DNA of 64,000 nt from Hydrolagus affinis (Eukaryota): NCBI GenBank assembly GCA_012026655.1, contig JAAILG010001033.1, positions 1-64,000 on the forward strand, in the 5' to 3' direction. The first letter of the stretch is position 1; each line of letters opens with the position of its first letter. Below, one piece after another: positions 61,364-64,000 of the stretch. The notes under the pieces are model-generated. The model saw only the letters and a list, made by a program, of their open reading frames with translations. It ran no database searches and was not told where the DNA came from. Both the position numbers and the translations under genes were made by a program.

Positions 61364-62440
61364 AAATGTGTCCCATCATTGATTGACCAAACCTGATATT
61401 GTTGAGTGTACAAAAAGGAGGACTTGTTGAAGCAAACCCAGTGCACACAGTCAATAGGAATGGAAGAATGTGGGATCATTCAGTGTTTTATAGGTCTTCC
61501 CAACATGAAAGGCGCTCCAAAAATGTAATTTTGTTGCTGTTGTTGTATAGGATTTCCAAATGATGAATTCTAAATTCAGATTTTTTTTGGAGAGCAATGC
61601 AGCTGGGATTGTTATACCATTGTTTTCTCCTTCCAGAGGCTCAAAATTCTACATATGTACCTGCGCAGGAGGTGATCATTTATTGAGGAGAGTTATAGAA
61701 AGGACAAATCATTGTAGAGACTAATCTGGAGGAAGAGACACAGACCAATGCGTTCTCTACATGGAGATTATGATCTAAATGATAGATAGCAGGTTCCGTA
61801 CGGATATTAAAGCAATACTGGTGTTCAAACACACCAGAAAGTTGTCCAAATATAATCATGAATTTTAGCACTTACACTTTCCACCAGTTTTCTTCTTAAA
61901 ACGTTCATTTCTGCTCTACCAAATCAAATAATTCACCGACTCACTTGATTCACTGTTGAATAATTTTTTAAACTGTTGGAGGTTGTTCTGGTGTCTGAGA
62001 TATTATTGATGTTGTGCAAGAAACGATTGGTTGCCGGTCAGATCTGAAACTAAGCCTAACCTTAGGTGACACTGGAGGTCAGAGGGGAAATTGATTCTCG
62101 GAAGGCACACTCCCAAACAATCCTTAAATGGAGTTTCAGGGCGACACTTTTGTTTTGTTTTGACACAAACATAAGCTTGACACAAAGATGAGCTTTCCTT
62201 GTCAGCCTCTGTGCGTTTACATGAGATGTAAATGTGGCTTAGTCTCTGAGCCACATGTTCACTCAGTCACAGGGAGCAATAGGCAGTCACACAACATAAA
62301 TAGCCATTCACCCCTTTCAGAGTTTCAACAGTCACGTAAGGGAGAATTTCCTTCAAATTACAGAACTGTGTTTGTACAATACATATCCTTTTCTGCCTAA
62401 ATAAAACCAACTACTTGCACTTATGTAACATCTTTCACAG

Positions 62441-62840
62441 TAATAATAATAATAATAATAATAATTCTTGCATTTGATATAGCGCTTTTCATGTGGAGTC
62501 CTGTAGCTCAGTGGTTAGAGCACTCGTCTTACAAGCGAGAGACCTGGGTTCAATTCCAGGCAGGGTGGAAACCTTGGGCAAGTTTCCTTACTCCACACTC
62601 CTAATAATAATCTATCGAAAAATAATAACAAATTGGTCATTTCAATCCATGATTGTTTGTGGGATATTGCTGTGTACAATTGGCTGCTGCGTTTCTCCCA
62701 CAAATATACAATCAATTCGCTTTACAGTATATTATATGAAGAGCTTGAAGGTGTGAAATGAGCTGTATCAAATGCAAGGATTATTATTATTATTTCATGT
62801 CTTGTAGATATCGGATGATATTTCAAAATGCTTTGCAGAA
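62441..62840 (-). mobile_element. SINE tail acting as host for a nested SINE
   Basis: (TAA)n ttcttgcatttgatatagcgcttttcatgt, then the insert, then cttgtag...atttcaaaatgctttgcagaa. Confidence 0.75.
62495..62792 (+). mobile_element. SINE family A, full length, with 8-bp duplication
   Basis: TTTCATGT at 62487-62494 and 62793-62800. Intact A and B boxes. Confidence 0.95.
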
Positions 62841-63004
62841 GCCTGATCCGGGTGCGAAGTAGGGGTTAAGGAAGTTGGCAAACAAATCCCTGGGCAAAAA
62901 GCAAATATACATAATCACCCAAATTTGTGTTTATTTTGTAAATGGTTTCTTCTGGATGTGACGAATCTGCCTCGAAGATGTACGCTTAAGGCAGTGAAGA
63001 TCAA

Positions 63005-63060
63005 TGCAAAATTACATTTGCTTAGCACCTTTCACGTTGAGAGGACACCCCAAGGCACTG
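63005..63060 (-). mobile_element. L2 tail fragment
   Basis: aaattacatttgcttagcacctttcacgttgagaggacaccccaaggcactg. Confidence 0.75.
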
Positions 63061-63859
63061 ATAGCCCTAAGATAGACAATGTAGCCTTTATTTTCTGCCC
63101 CCACCCATCCCGAATACACTGCTACAATGAGCTGGATCCCAGGTCAATTTCCAGTCTGTGTTGAGTTAGCTGGTCTCAGGCGGAAGGGGGTGGGGTGAGT
63201 TGGAAAAATAATATCTCGCAGCCTAAGCCATTGAAATCTTTCAAGTTCTTATACAAAATTATTAATTCATTGCAAAGCTGTATCAGTCATGTGAACTTTG
63301 AGTCTATCGTATGGAGCCTCTGAGCTTCTGCAGTAATTAGAATATCTAAATTGCCAGAGAAAAGGGAATAGATAGGAGATGGAGAATTGGAAAAGATTAT
63401 CATGCATGGCAGTTGTGTCAAATGGATGTCATTGACAATGAATATCATTTCATGTTGTTTGAATTTCATTATCTAATGTATGAATGAAATAAATCTCCAA
63501 TTATCTCTTGCCATGTGTAAGGAAATACTTTACAAACTACAGACCAAAATGAGATTATTTTATTCAGTGCAGTTTAGCAATTTCAGGCTAGCCTTATAGT
63601 GTACTCGTTTGTTAAAACGTCACCCGGGGAGAATATTGCTGCATATCTTAGGTACAGTAATCAGGAACTGACAATGGGCCATAGTCAGTCACCCAATCAA
63701 GAGAACTTGGTAACATCAAATACTGGTGTTTGATAGATGCTACTGATAAAGCTTTCCTATAACGACGTTGACAATATGTTTTTATCCAAATAGAAACTGT
63801 GCCTGTTTTTGTTTATATCTTCTCTATTTTTACATTCTGTTGGTACTAGATGCCGTTGC

Positions 63860-64000
63860 CCAACACGACAAACTTTACAAAATCACAAAAGTTTGGGTGT
63901 AGACGGCCTTTCAGTCTATCTGATTTCAACCTTTCTACTGTACTATCTGCTCATTGTTGCATCAAGCTTCTTATTAAATGAATCCAATGTTCTGGCCTCG
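63860..64000 (-). mobile_element. CR1 3' end, running off the window
   Basis: ggcctttcagtctatc...gcatcaagcttcttattaaatgaatccaatgttctggcctc. Confidence 0.65.

Noticed and set aside
62495-62570. tRNA gene (cloverleaf-like, loop CTTACAA)
   Set aside because: It continues into SINE body and tail, and copies differ in the anticodon loop (TTACA, TTGCA, TTATA). This is a SINE head, as are the other copies.

Overview
AT-rich, CpG-depleted vertebrate genomic DNA, intronic or intergenic in character. The repeat content points to a cartilaginous fish, probably a holocephalan such as the elephant shark (inference from remembered consensus sequences). Most recognisable content is decayed retroelements: L2 3' ends with (TTG)n tails, CR1 fragments, two tRNA-headed Deu-domain SINE families with L2-derived tails, and one LF-SINE-like relic. 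There are also two Tigger/pogo-type MITEs, a 400-bp element with long inverted arms, and a 100-N assembly gap. I recognise no known protein-coding gene, tRNA, rRNA or miRNA. The long ORFs in the track look like chance ORFs or repeat remnants. The best leads are two hand-built, unverified small spliced gene models. The first runs TATA/Inr promoter at about 57.2 kb, exon 1, exon 2 at 60.6 kb, AATAAA (72 aa). The second is a signal-peptide-like 62-aa model at 9.5-10.7 kb. Other leads are a divergent CTCF-motif array, an AT-rich CpG-retaining island at 36-38 kb and a filled/empty paralogous SINE site pair. No new biological system can be claimed from sequence alone. Repeat boundaries are approximate.
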